Below are positions 43,122 through 53,606 of a stretch of DNA of 64,000 nt, piece by piece; positions within the stretch are counted from its first letter, which is position 1, and every line of letters begins with the position of its first letter. The notes beneath the pieces were generated by a model that saw nothing but the letters and a program-made list of their open reading frames with translations, had not been told where the DNA came from and ran no database searches. This DNA is from Methanomassiliicoccaceae archaeon. Lineage in GTDB: Archaea > Thermoplasmatota > Thermoplasmata > Methanomassiliicoccales > UBA472. The stretch spans positions 3,005 through 67,004 of the forward strand of contig CAWHCB010000003.1 in assembly GCA_963827905.1 (NCBI GenBank), given 5' to 3'. A program made the position numbers and the translations under genes.

Positions 43122-44091
43122 CTAATTATCTCTGGACCCCCAGTACATGTATAGCCAACCATGTTCCTCGCCCTCGATGTCCTCGGACCTGTCCATGAAG
43201 AAGAAAAAGTAATAGACGCCCTTCATCACCGGGACATCCACCGTTCCGTTGGCTCTGATCAATGACAAAGTGGAGTTGTAATGGAACATACCGCTGTCTT
43301 CGATCTCATGTACGTCGCTCATCGAGAGCATGTACATGGTTCCGTTCATCCCTTCGATTCGATATTTCAGGGACTGGTCGGTGCCGACCTCAACCAAACC
43401 CCAGACCAACATCCATTCTATCAGGGCCAACACCATAGCCGGTGGCATCAGCTTTTACGACGTTCAGGGCCTCAGCGTGGTTTTCCCAATACCGTTCATC
43501 GCAATCTCAGATGCCAGGACTATTGGTCTCGTTCATGAAGATCGTGTAATGGTAGGCTGGATTCACCACAATTATGCGATATACAAGGGATGATTGCAAA
43601 CCGGCGTTGATTATTACGGTGGAATTGCCACACGGACCGATTATCGTCCTCACTGCTTTTTCACCGAACGGGGTCGATATCTTCTCATTCCCGATGAAGT
43701 AGTAGTGATACTCGTACTCCTTTGCGAGAATAGGTTCCACAGATCCAGCCTATTGTTAGGACCACCGAAGCTTTGATTAAACTCGGGCGGAACACGCATC
43801 CAACCTGAACTCGAAAATACCATTGTAAGGCAGCATGTGGAAAGAGCCGTTAACCGGGGAATTATCGTCGAACTCACCAGCGATGGAATAGTTGACATAT
43901 TCATCGCTATGGAATTCATAGGGCCCCTCGTCGTCGTCCTGCCAATCTACCAGGAGCATCGAGGCCAATCCAATGACACCGATTATGGACAAGGCCACCA
44001 AGACCACCATCCATTTCTTTCTCCTCGATGAAGGACCTTTGATCGATTGTTCATCTGTCACTTTGGTATTCGCCCCTTCCAACCCAACCAC
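43122..44091 (-). CDS. Hypothetical membrane-anchored extracellular protein, split over three ORFs
   Basis: RRKKW plus hydrophobic helix at the N-terminus, beta-rich segments (YVNYSIAG, EKISTPFGEK), several N-x-S/T sequons; lower GC. Confidence 0.5.
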
Positions 44092-44218
44092 TAGATGACA
44101 ACTATTTTGCTGACCTTTAATAATTTATTCTTCTTCCATGACGATGATTTTTATCAGAACGGTCTTGCTTTTTCAACAACCTTGAAATCCTGTTCGGTCG
44201 ATGCCATCGGCCATGGCA

Positions 44219-45001
44219 ATGAAGGTCATCGCGGTCCTGGGCAGCCCCCGCCGTCATGGTGGCGGTTATGGCGTGGTCAAGAGCCTGGAGGGCAGGCTCA
44301 AAGCGCTTGGCGATGTCGAGGTGGAATATGTCCATCTCGTCGATGTCGGGCTGCTGCCATGCAAAGGATGCTTCACCTGCATCTCCAAAGGCGAGGCTCA
44401 CTGTCCGCTCAAGGACGGGAGGGAGGACCTGGAGCGAAGGATGCTGGCAGCGGACGGGCTGATCCTGGTCTCCCCCGGGTATGTGCAGAACGTGAGCGGT
44501 CTGTTCAAGAACTTCATGGACCGGTTCGCCTATACCAACCACCGGCCCCGCTTCTTCCACCAGAGCACCCTGGTCGTCGCCAATGGCGGTGCGGGCCTGA
44601 AGCATACCCTGCGCGCCTTGAGCATATCCTTGGGCGGGGCGAGGATCGTCGAACGTTTGTCGGTGGCGATCCCTCCCTGGCCCATCAACCAGAAGATGCA
44701 GGACAAGAACGATAGGGCGATCCAGGGGGCGGCCCAAGCTCTATACAAGGACATGACCACCAAAGGACCTTCGCCGAGCCCCGATTTCCAGGAGTACATG
44801 CGCTTCCGTTTCTTTTCCAAGGTGGCGCCAGAGCTAAAAGAACATCTGCCGGCCGATTATGAGTTCTACCAAGGGAAGAGGGACTTCTACTACGAGACCC
44901 ATATTTCCTTGGGCAAGAGATTGGCCGCTGGGATACTCGTCCCTCTCGGTCTTTTCATGGCCAAAGGAATGGCACCAGCTCCCAAAGACATGTCCAAATA
45001 A
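44219..45001 (+). CDS. Flavodoxin-like NADPH-dependent FMN reductase / iron-sulfur flavoprotein
   Basis: GSPRRHG, CKGCFTC...CPLKD, ADGLILVSPGY, KNFMDR. Confidence 0.88.
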   Translation: MKVIAVLGSPRRHGGGYGVVKSLEGRLKALGDVEVEYVHLVDVGLLPCKGCFTCISKGEAHCPLKDGREDLERRMLAADGLILVSPGYVQNVSGLFKNFMDRFAYTNHRPRFFHQSTLVVANGGAGLKHTLRALSISLGGARIVERLSVAIPPWPINQKMQDKNDRAIQGAAQALYKDMTTKGPSPSPDFQEYMRFRFFSKVAPELKEHLPADYEFYQGKRDFYYETHISLGKRLAAGILVPLGLFMAKGMAPAPKDMSK

Positions 45002-45071
45002 AATCCGAGCGAGGAAGGGTAATGGTGCCTCACCGGCCAAGATTAAATATCACCTAGCCAATCGCAACGAC

Positions 45072-45521
45072 ATGGTCCGGCAGCGGAAACCCTATGACCT
45101 GATATACCTGATGACGGTCGAGTTCCTGATCTCGATCCTCACTTTCTACAGCTCGGTCATCATGATCGTGGCGGTCGCCACCGGGTCGGAATCGGACAGG
45201 TTGGGGCTCATCGGCCCCGATGCCCCGGCATGGGTGTTGGACGACCCATCCCAGGCGCTGACCATCTTCAGCATGGCCTTCATGGCCCTGGCATTGCTGT
45301 CGTTCCTTTTACTATGGGGCTTCCTTCGCGCCAAGTCCTTCTCATGGATGACCGGCATCCTTGCCTCCGTCGCTACGACGGTGGTGGGCATGGCGGCCAT
45401 CCTCGCCCTGGGGTACGAGGACACGCAGACCTTCTTCCGCTATGTGATACTGGTCATTGCACCGATGTTCGTGATCTATCTATTGGTCCGCCAGGACATA
45501 AAGGCCTACCTGCTCAGGTAA
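45072..45521 (+). CDS. Hypothetical four-helix membrane protein
   Basis: Four hydrophobic segments; ends YLLVRQDIKAYL. Confidence 0.65.
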   Translation: MVRQRKPYDLIYLMTVEFLISILTFYSSVIMIVAVATGSESDRLGLIGPDAPAWVLDDPSQALTIFSMAFMALALLSFLLLWGFLRAKSFSWMTGILASVATTVVGMAAILALGYEDTQTFFRYVILVIAPMFVIYLLVRQDIKAYLLR

Positions 45522-45691
45522 GCCGGTCCATCGATCAGGCCATCTTCCCACTAGTTCCGATAGCAATAGCGTTCCGAGGTAATAGCGAAAGATTTATTCA
45601 AAATGAGGAATTCATCGGCCTGCTTATCCCCTACGCTCTCAACGGCGATGGGGGTGAGATATCTGACCCATGAAGATGGGAGGGATGAACA

Positions 45692-46138
45692 ATGGGACTG
45701 TTTGACAAAGTGAAAGGAGTTAAGGAAGCAGAGAACACCAAACTGACCAAGGAGGAATCCTTCGCCGCCGTGGCCTTGGCCGCGGTCGCAGCGGATGGGA
45801 TGATCACCGAGGAGGAGGCCAACGGCCTCGTCGTCAGCCTGGTGCGCATGAAGCTCTTCTCTGGTTACAACGGCAACCAGATGGGCGCCATGTTGAACAA
45901 GCTCGTTCAGATCATCAAGAAGCAGGGCGTCGACGAACTGGTCAACATGGCCAAGGAGTCCTTGCCGAAGGACCTGAAGGAGACCGCGTTCGCGGTCGCG
46001 ACCGACCTGGCATTGGCCGACGGGGAGCTGGGCGGGAAGGAGAAGGAGATCCTCACCAAGATCCAGCAGATCCTGGAGATCCCTGAGGACAAGGCGGTGA
46101 CCATAATCGAGGTCATCCTCATCAAGAACAAGGGTTGA
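45692..46138 (+). CDS. Tellurite-resistance TerB-family protein
   Basis: AAVAADGMITEEE, ETAFAVATDLALADG...EKEIL; followed by a T-tract at ~46171-46184. Confidence 0.85.
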   Translation: MGLFDKVKGVKEAENTKLTKEESFAAVALAAVAADGMITEEEANGLVVSLVRMKLFSGYNGNQMGAMLNKLVQIIKKQGVDELVNMAKESLPKDLKETAFAVATDLALADGELGGKEKEILTKIQQILEIPEDKAVTIIEVILIKNKG

Positions 46139-46176
46139 ACCTTTTCAATAAATGGTCCAGAGGACCATCATTTTTT

Positions 46177-47247
46177 TTATTTTTCAAAATCGACATTGAG
46201 CCTGCGTATCTGCAGGCACCGGAACAACGACTCACATTCCAAGGCCTTCACCGAACGCCTCTTTTCCTCCAATCCCATGCGCATCCCCAGGACCCAGACG
46301 CCATTGTTGCTCTCTGGCAGGTCGGTGCGGGAGAAGTATCTGACATGCCCCACCTCCAGGCGGTCCTCCATGATCTTGACCGACCTTCTGTACCAATCGT
46401 GCCATGGCGCCTGTCTGGACCTGCCTAACAGCTCGAGGAGGAGGAGCATGCGGGCGAATTCCCTTCCCGTCACATATTCCCCCTGGTACCCTGGCAGATG
46501 GACGCTCCAACCCATCATGTAATATTGCCCATCGTGTCGAACGACGCCGTATCCCGGCCAGAGCGATTGGTATTCGGGACTTAGGACCAGTTTGATCACC
46601 GTCTCGACCTTCGACCTCCGGTCCTCATCGCCCATGATGCCCTTGGAATGGAGGAACGCGTACAGGTCATAGATCCAGGGCAGTTTCAGATCATCATCGG
46701 GATAGAGGTCTGGGTTGAGCAGAGGGGACCGTCGGAAGGCCTTGGGGTATCCCGGGAGGGTGTCCTGAGGGACGTACGCATGCTCGAATCAGGTCTCCTG
46801 GCAAAATCGTAGACCCTGTCCAAGCGATGCCTGACCCAGGCATCGACCGCCCCATCCTCGTAACCCAGCATGGTCAGGAACGCGGCGCAGATGGTCCGAT
46901 GAAAGACCGGGAGATGGCCCTGGTGGGGGAGGTCCATCTGCTCCTCCATCCATCGTTGGAACGGAGCGACCCGATCGTCCAGGACCTGCACGCCCTTTCT
47001 CAATCCGAACTCGAACAATTTCCCCATGGCGTTCTCGAAGACCTGAGGGATGGCCCCGTGCAGGGTATGACGGTCGCACTCGCTTGGGATACTTTCGAGC
47101 CAGGACCTCACCAGTGGGGAGGCCAACAGACTCGGTCAATTCCGCGATCGCCCTGTTTCCATCTTGATCATGCCCTTTAGATAACCGATACCTGATCACA
47201 GGCCCAGCGTTCTCCATCAGCCATCGGGCGACATCTGCGTTCTCCAT
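46177..47247 (-). CDS. Hypothetical protein, frameshifted
   Basis: Three abutting ORFs: WLMENAGPVIRYR, ENAMGKLFEFGL, LPWIYDL, YYMMGWSVHLPGY. Confidence 0.6.
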
Positions 47248-47372
47248 GTTCCCCGGACCGTTGGGATGTCACTGGGATGATTATAATCCTATCTCTCGCT
47301 CCCTTGGGCCACGGTCAGACTGGTGTCATCATTATTTCGATGCTTACATAGCTCGCTAGGACGGCGATCATA

Positions 47373-47972
47373 TCAGGAGGTGGTCCCGGTCCCACTCCAA
47401 TCCTTCTTTAGGAGCGCGAAGTAAACCTCATCAAAATATCGTCCATCGTAGAACACCCGCTCGCGAAGGACGCCTTCCTCCTTGAACCCATATTTATGTA
47501 ACAGCGATCGCGACCCGACATTGATGGCCAACGGGACCGCTTCCAACCTGTTCAGGCCCACCACCGTGAAACCATAGGTGATGATGGGCATAAGGGCCTC
47601 GGTCATGATGCCCTGCCTCCAATGGTCCGGATCAAGCTCGTAACCCAGCTCTGCGCAATGGTTTAGAAGATGGAAGTTCCAGAGACAGACCATGCCGATG
47701 ACCTGGTCGTTTGGCATCGATTCAATGGTCCAGATCATGGCAGAATGTTTTTCGGTGGCATCGATGCACTCCCGGACCCACTTCCTCGTATCCTCGATGG
47801 AACGATGAGGCGATTCCCCATATAGGCAGGTCACTCGGGGGTTCGATTTGGTGGCAAACAAGGTCTCCGCGTCCTCGAGGACCATTTTTCGCAATCGTAA
47901 CCTCTCGGTCGAAAAGTATGATTGATGGGTGTAATCATCAAATGGTTCCATCGGACGTTTGAACACCGTCAT
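47373..47972 (-). CDS. RimJ/RimL-type GNAT acetyltransferase; start uncertain
   Basis: TERLRLR, AELGYEL...WRQGIMTEAL, LNRLEA, GFKEEGVLR. Confidence 0.88.
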   Translation of the reverse strand: MTVFKRPMEPFDDYTHQSYFSTERLRLRKMVLEDAETLFATKSNPRVTCLYGESPHRSIEDTRKWVRECIDATEKHSAMIWTIESMPNDQVIGMVCLWNFHLLNHCAELGYELDPDHWRQGIMTEALMPIITYGFTVVGLNRLEAVPLAINVGSRSLLHKYGFKEEGVLRERVFYDGRYFDEVYFALLKKDWSGTGTTS

Positions 47973-48178
47973 CGATAAGTGAAATTTCGTATTCTCTGGT
48001 AGGAAGAACGCCAAAGTAGGTCATAGGGGGTGTGGGGGACGTAGTTGAAATCCACTGGACAAAACAATTCCCCCCCCCCATCACTCCCCCCTTGCCTTCT
48101 TCTGCATCAATACGAATTATCCAACATGGTTGATAAAATATTCAATGGCATCAATAAAAAATTGTAAAACATTGAGGG

Positions 48179-48310
48179 TCATTTCTTCTTCATCTTGGCC
48201 AGCTTCTTCTTCGCTGCCCCACTGCCCGATGCAGCCTTGCTCTCCAAAGCTGCCATCTTTTCATTCTTTCCTGCCTTTTGCTTTTTAATATCATTCTTCG
48301 AAATGCTCAT
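48179..48310 (-). CDS. Small Lys/Ala-rich basic protein (43 aa, absent from ORF track)
   Basis: MSISKNDIKKQKAGKNEKMAALESKAASGSGAAKKKLAKMKKK*; GGGAGC directly before the ATG. Confidence 0.6.
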   Translation of the reverse strand: MSISKNDIKKQKAGKNEKMAALESKAASGSGAAKKKLAKMKKK

Positions 48311-48567
48311 GCTCCCGAAAGCAGTAATTTTCTATTTATGTGATGGGCATCCACCACGGAACATTGGGTCGAAAATGATCTGGATTCGTAGGAAGATGAG
48401 AAGGCAAGAAACACACCGGAATGGGAAATGGCGTTTAGGATATCGGTTAACGATGATCAAATTCCCTTGCATGTCGATGGGTGCCAGGGCCATTGCTCGA
48501 GCCAGCTATCAGGACCGAAAAGGATTGAATTGAAATCAGAAAATAAATGTCTGGATGAGAAGATGAG

Positions 48568-48640
48568 TGGGCTCAGCCGGATTCGAACCGGCGACCTTCT
48601 CCGTGTCAGGGAAACGTCATAGCCACTAGACCATGAGCCC
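48568..48640 (-). tRNA. tRNA-Val(GAC), intron-less, CCA not encoded
   Basis: GGGCTCATGGTCTAGTGGCTATGACGTTTCCCTGACACGGAGAAGGTCGCCGGTTCGAATCCGGCTGAGCCCA folds as a cloverleaf; anticodon loop CT-GAC-AC; T-loop GGTTCGAATCC; upstream GAAAGACATATA. Confidence 0.96.
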
Positions 48641-48779
48641 GTGCGTTGTCGCAGTAAAGCGTTCTACTCTATATGTCTTTCGTTATCGTCCTGAAAGCAC
48701 TGGCAGTCCCTACGTCACTTGTCCTGGTGAGAACGAATAATTTTTTATTGGGCTCTCGCATCACCTGCGGCTGAACAAG

Positions 48780-49019
48780 ATGCCAGAGATCTTACTTTTC
48801 ACCAAGCCCGCCTGTCAGAAGTGCGATTACGTCAAGGAACGCCTGCCGGAAGGTCTGAAGGTGGACATCGTGGACACCTCCACCGCCGAGGGCCTGGCCG
48901 AGGCCGCCTACTATGAGCTGCTGAACAAGCCCACCCCCATCCTCGTCGTCGACGACGAGGTCTTCGAAGGCGCCATCGTGATCATGAACAAGCTCAAGGC
49001 GCTCTCCGAGAACTGCTAG
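48780..49019 (+). CDS. Glutaredoxin/thioredoxin-like protein
   Basis: FTKPACQKCDYVK (CxxC), cis-Pro motif TPILVV. Confidence 0.8.
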   Translation: MPEILLFTKPACQKCDYVKERLPEGLKVDIVDTSTAEGLAEAAYYELLNKPTPILVVDDEVFEGAIVIMNKLKALSENC

Positions 49020-49061
49020 GGCGAATCGCTTTTTTACCTAGGTTCGTGCGTTAAGGTCATC

Positions 49062-50042
49062 ATGATCGCGCTCGGCATCGAGGGAACGGCCCACACCTGC
49101 GGCGTAGGCATCGTCAACGCCAAAGGGGACATCCTTGCCAACGAGATCAAGATGTACAAGCCTGAGAAGGGCGGCATCCATCCCCGGGAGGCGGCCAACC
49201 ACCACGCCGAGCATCTTGTCCCGACGATAAAGGCCGCGGTGGAGAAGGCCGGGATATCATTCAAGGACATCGACCTGGTGACTTTCTCCCAGGGTCCGGG
49301 TCTGGGGCCATGCCTGCGCACGGTCGCCACCGGGGCGAGGGCCCTGGCCCTGTCGCTCCAGGTGCCGATCATCGGCGTGAACCATTGCATCGCCCATCTG
49401 GAGATCGGGCGCATCAAGACCGAGGCCAAGGACCCGGTCCTGCTATACGCCTCCGGCGGCAACACCCAGGTCATCGCCTTCGCCAACGGCAAGTACCGCA
49501 TTTTCGGCGAGACGCTGGACATCGGCATCGGCAACATGTTCGACAAGCTCGGTCGGGAGATCGGGCTCGGTTACTACGCCGGTCCCAAGATAGAGAAGGC
49601 CGCATTGGAGGGCTCCAAGCTGCTCGACCTCCCCTATTCCGTCAAGGGCATGGACCTGGCGTTCTCAGGCATCCTCACCGCGGCCATGCAGCACCGGGCC
49701 AAAGGGGAGAGCATCGAGGACATCTGCTTCAGCGTGCAGGAGACATGCTTCGCCATGCTCACCGAGGTCACAGAGCGGGCCATGGCCCACATCGAGAAGT
49801 CCGAGGTGCTCCTGGGCGGCGGGGTGGTGCAGAACAAGCGCCTGCAGGGCATGGTGGCGAAGATGGCCCAGGACCGGGGCGGGAGCACCTTCGTGCCGGA
49901 CCGATTCCTGTGCATGGACAACGGGGCCATGATCGCCTGGACCGGTCTGGTCATGTACGAGGGCGGGGTGCGCATGACCGTCAAGGACACCGAGATAGAC
50001 CAGCGCTTCCGCACCGACCAGGTCGAGGTCACCTGGCGCTGA
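49062..50042 (+). CDS. kae1: KEOPS t6A threonylcarbamoyltransferase Kae1 (stand-alone)
   Basis: [54 protein letters not shown]. Confidence 0.97.
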   Translation: MIALGIEGTAHTCGVGIVNAKGDILANEIKMYKPEKGGIHPREAANHHAEHLVPTIKAAVEKAGISFKDIDLVTFSQGPGLGPCLRTVATGARALALSLQVPIIGVNHCIAHLEIGRIKTEAKDPVLLYASGGNTQVIAFANGKYRIFGETLDIGIGNMFDKLGREIGLGYYAGPKIEKAALEGSKLLDLPYSVKGMDLAFSGILTAAMQHRAKGESIEDICFSVQETCFAMLTEVTERAMAHIEKSEVLLGGGVVQNKRLQGMVAKMAQDRGGSTFVPDRFLCMDNGAMIAWTGLVMYEGGVRMTVKDTEIDQRFRTDQVEVTWR

Positions 50043-50069
50043 ACGCCCAAAAACTCATGGCCGCTCGGC

Positions 50070-51430
50070 TCACTTGGCCGCCCTGGCGGTCTTCTGGGCA
50101 CCGATGATGCCATCCAACAAATTGAGGAAATCCTCCTCGCGGCCGCGAGGCACCCTGCCGCCGCTGGCGATGTTGTGCCCTCCGCCCACGCCCCCGACCT
50201 TGGCCGCCGCCTCCTTCATCGCGGAGCCCAGGTCCACCCCGAGCTCGTCCACCATCTTGCGGTTGGCGCGGGAGGATATCTTGACCTCGCCGTTCTTATG
50301 GACCAGGCTGAGGGTGGGCTTCTCCCTGTCGCCGACCCATTGCATCATGACGCTGCACGCCTCCGAGGAGACGTCGGGGTTGGGGCAGATGAAATACTGG
50401 ATGTTGGCGCCTTGGATGAGACCTTTTCGGCTCACCTCGACCGAGGCATGCAGCAGGCTCTCCCCGAACTCCACCCGCATCCGCTCAGCGTCCTTGGCCG
50501 CCTCCGCCTCACCGAGGAGCATCGCCACGCCCAACGCCTGCCTCTCGGACTTGCCGCAGGCGTTCAATGCGTTGGCCAGGTCTTGGGAGAACTGCCTTTG
50601 CTCCGGGAAGTAGTAGCGGTTGGCGAGCACCTCCTCGAAGTTGCCGATGGTGCTGCCCTGCCTCAGCAGGCGCAGCATGATGAGGGAGTTGAGGCGCATG
50701 CGCTGCCCCTCGTCCAACGATTCGTATGGGAGGTTGTCCAGGACGTCCGCCTCGTCCAAAAGTCTCCTGACGCCCTCCCTGTCGCCGCTGACGCCCATGA
50801 TGAAGGGGTCGGTGGTCTTGTTCAGGGCGTCCTTGAGGTTACCGTCCACGATGAGCTGTCCGGGACGTTCCTGGACGAGCTTCCGCTTGGCCCCGTTCTG
50901 ATAGAGCCAGATGTTGATCCCGCTCAGGCCGCGCAGGTGCTGCTTATCGCCGATGATGCCGCCGAAGGCCACCCAGAGCAGGTCCCAGTTCTTCTCCGAG
51001 ACGTGCACGGCAAGGAGCATGGCAAGCGAGCTGGCGCAACCGGAGATGGCGCCATCGATGCCGTAACAGGTGGGGGTTGAGGTGCATCAACCTCTCGCCG
51101 CCCTTCTCCGGCCGGTGATGGTCCAGCACGATCACCGGGACGCTCAACGACTGAAGGACGTCCAGGTTGTTGGACCCCATGTCGGAGATGATGAGCAGGT
51201 CGACATCCTTGGCCGTCTCCCGCACCAGTTTCTCATCGAAGCCCTTGGCCATGGTGCACTGGAACTGTTTGCACTCCCGCAAGGAGCATGGCGCAGAGGA
51301 CCCCGGCGGACGCCAGTCCATCGGCATCGTTGTGGGAAATGACCCGGACCGTGACGGCCCGGCGGACGGCCTCCGCCGCCCTAGAAAAGTCAGTGAAGAG
51401 GTTTGGGGGAAGCTGGACGATATCGTCCAT
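50070..51430 (-). CDS. RecJ-like DHH/DHHA1 phosphoesterase, frameshifted
   Basis: SHNDADG, SDMGS, LDHH, KISSR, GGGHNIASG; directly downstream of rps15. Confidence 0.9.
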
Positions 51431-51436
51431 CCGCCC

Positions 51437-51892
51437 TCACTCGATGAGCAGCTCGGCGGTCTTGAGCGAATACTGCCACTCCATGGGCAGGCCGCCCTCG
51501 CGCTTGTAGTACTTCACCAAGCGGCGGATCTTCGCCTCGATGAGCTGCAGGCCGCGGCGGTTCGCCACGTCCTTCTTGTTGGCCACCACATGTACGTTGA
51601 GGTCGATGGCCCGGCGCATCAGGGCGACCAGGTCCTCGGGGAGCTTGGGGGAGAGGTTGTTCTCGTCCAGGATCTCCAGGATGGTCTTGCCGGTGGCCAG
51701 CTTGACGTCGGGGACGGCGTATTGGTCGCGCAGCTTCAGGCCGATCTTGGCCGTGGGCATGCCTTCCTTTCCGAACTTCACGACAAGCTGAACGATCTCC
51801 TCTTGGGGCACGGGGACCCACTCTGGGTTCTCCGTGACCATGGGACGGTGGGAACCTGACTTCCCCCTTCTTCTGGCGTGCATCTTTGCCAT
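51437..51892 (-). CDS. rps15: 30S ribosomal protein uS15 (S15/S13e)
   Basis: MAKMHARRRGKSGS, IGLKLRDQY, LPEDL, LQLIEAKIRRLVKYYK. Confidence 0.97.
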   Translation of the reverse strand: MAKMHARRRGKSGSHRPMVTENPEWVPVPQEEIVQLVVKFGKEGMPTAKIGLKLRDQYAVPDVKLATGKTILEILDENNLSPKLPEDLVALMRRAIDLNVHVVANKKDVANRRGLQLIEAKIRRLVKYYKREGGLPMEWQYSLKTAELLIE

Positions 51893-51997
51893 ATTGTCAT
51901 CTCTTTGAACTTCAATGTTAAACGGTTTAAGTACCTGTGGCGAGGCATCAGCCAATTCCACTACTAATATTTAAGACTTTAATGTCAGGGAACGGGC

Positions 51998-52345
51998 TCA
52001 ATCCCTAGGGCGAAGGCACGCCTCGGCCCACCGCAGTTGCTCGACATATTCCACCTCCGGGAAGGCCAGTTCGTCCGGCAATGATCCGAACAGCCTCCAA
52101 TCCATCTCCCCCTGGCCCTCGACGAGCATCAGATCGCCTGCGAAGACATGCCCGTCGCGAAAAGGGGCTTTGGCCCTAGGTCGGAAACCCTGTCCCGTCT
52201 CCTCCAGGAACTCCCGGACCACCGCCTGCTCCGGGGTCTCGCCCTCTTCCATCCTTCCCCCGGGCATCTCCCAACCATGACGCTTGGGGTTGTAGACCAT
52301 GAGGAACCTGCGGCCAGAGAAGGCGATGGCGTAGACGAAGCTCAT
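51998..52345 (-). CDS. NUDIX hydrolase
   Basis: WEMPGGRMEEGETPEQAVVREFLEETG (Nudix box). Confidence 0.9.
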   Translation of the reverse strand: MSFVYAIAFSGRRFLMVYNPKRHGWEMPGGRMEEGETPEQAVVREFLEETGQGFRPRAKAPFRDGHVFAGDLMLVEGQGEMDWRLFGSLPDELAFPEVEYVEQLRWAEACLRPRD

Positions 52346-53016
52346 GCCCTTTGCACCACCACCATGGCATGGTCCTTCTCGTACGGTTCCAGGTCGACCA
52401 CTTCCAGGACCTTGAACCCCGCCTTCAGGAACTGCGCCTCCACCGAGCGGAAGATGTCCCTCGGTTCCTTGGTGACGTCCTCAGAGCGTGCCTTGACCAC
52501 CAGCATGCCTTGGCCGATGCCGAAGGCGTCGAGGTTGCGCAGGAAGATGCCCGCCTGGTCCTTCTGGGCCACATCCTGGTAGAGGACGTCCGGTCCTTCC
52601 ACCACGAAACGGAGATCGTCCGGTCTGGTGGCGTCCCCCAGTATGGGCACCATGTTCGGCCTGGACTCGCATACGGTGACCAGGTCGCGGAAGGACCGTT
52701 GGGAGATCTCCACGCAGAAGACCGAACCGTCCAGCACGATGTCGGAGACATGGCTCGAGGTGGTCCCGCTGGCCGCTCCCAAGTACAGCACCTTGGAGCG
52801 CCTGCCGATCGGACAGTGGGCGCCGCCCTTCTTCATGTAAGCGGCCAGCTTGCTGCGGCTTGGCACCCATTCCCGGTATTCCACCCCTTCGTGGTCGAAG
52901 AGGCGCTCCCCGTAGACCCTCACTCCAGGCACCATGTTCTGGGTGAAGAGGAGATCGCCGTCGCTGAAGACCCCCACCCATCGGGTGGGACGGATGGCAT
53001 GTTTGGAGGCACCCAT
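52342..53016 (-). CDS. flpA: Fibrillarin-like rRNA/tRNA 2'-O-methyltransferase
   Basis: VYGE, RSKLAA, VLYLGAASGTTSSHVSD, YQDVAQ, LEPYEKDH. Confidence 0.96.
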   Translation of the reverse strand: MGASKHAIRPTRWVGVFSDGDLLFTQNMVPGVRVYGERLFDHEGVEYREWVPSRSKLAAYMKKGGAHCPIGRRSKVLYLGAASGTTSSHVSDIVLDGSVFCVEISQRSFRDLVTVCESRPNMVPILGDATRPDDLRFVVEGPDVLYQDVAQKDQAGIFLRNLDAFGIGQGMLVVKARSEDVTKEPRDIFRSVEAQFLKAGFKVLEVVDLEPYEKDHAMVVVQRA

Positions 53017-53071
53017 ACGGTGGCATGGATGAGGGTTAAGGTTAAAAGCGTTTCTCGCCGCTATCCGGTCC

Positions 53072-53530
53072 GTGGCCGGTGAGGGGGACCAGGGCAAGAA
53101 GATCGACGAGCTCACCCAGAAGGTGGAGCAACTAGAGCAGGCCATGCGCGACGTGGCCCGCCCCTACTCCGAACTGGTGGAGCAGTTGGCCCGGTTCCAG
53201 GAGACGGTGCAGAAATACTTCCGCCTCATGGACCTGTACCAGCGCTATGGTTCCATCTCCATCGAGACCATCCTCCCCGAGGTCAAGGACCCCATCTCCA
53301 AGGACATCGTCAAGGTACTGCTGGACAAACCTGGGCTGAACATATCGGAGATAACCGAGGAGCTCAGGGCCCGGCGGGGCAGCTCCTCTCGGCGCATCGT
53401 GCGCGACCGGTTGGGGGAGCTGGTGGAGCAGAAGGTGCTGGTGGAGAAGGCTGGCCAAAAGGAGAAGACATACGATATCTCCGAGCCCGTGATCAAGAAA
53501 TGGTCACAAGTGCTCGGGTTGAGCAAATAG
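53072..53530 (+). CDS. Coiled-coil plus winged-helix putative regulator
   Basis: Heptad N-terminus; KDPISKDIVKVL...LNISEITEELRARRGSSSRRIVRDRLGEL. Confidence 0.7.
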   Translation: MAGEGDQGKKIDELTQKVEQLEQAMRDVARPYSELVEQLARFQETVQKYFRLMDLYQRYGSISIETILPEVKDPISKDIVKVLLDKPGLNISEITEELRARRGSSSRRIVRDRLGELVEQKVLVEKAGQKEKTYDISEPVIKKWSQVLGLSK

Positions 53531-53606
53531 GGTGACCATGCTTGACCTAATACGAAGGACGAAGGGAGACCGGGAACGAACCGTATGAGACGGACGAGGT
53601 GAAGAG

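Noticed and set aside
48091-48408. 10-bp inverted repeat CTTGCCTTCT / AGAAGGCAAG flanking the small basic gene (possible MITE ends)
   Set aside because: Short enough to occur by chance over this distance; no target-site duplication or second copy seen.
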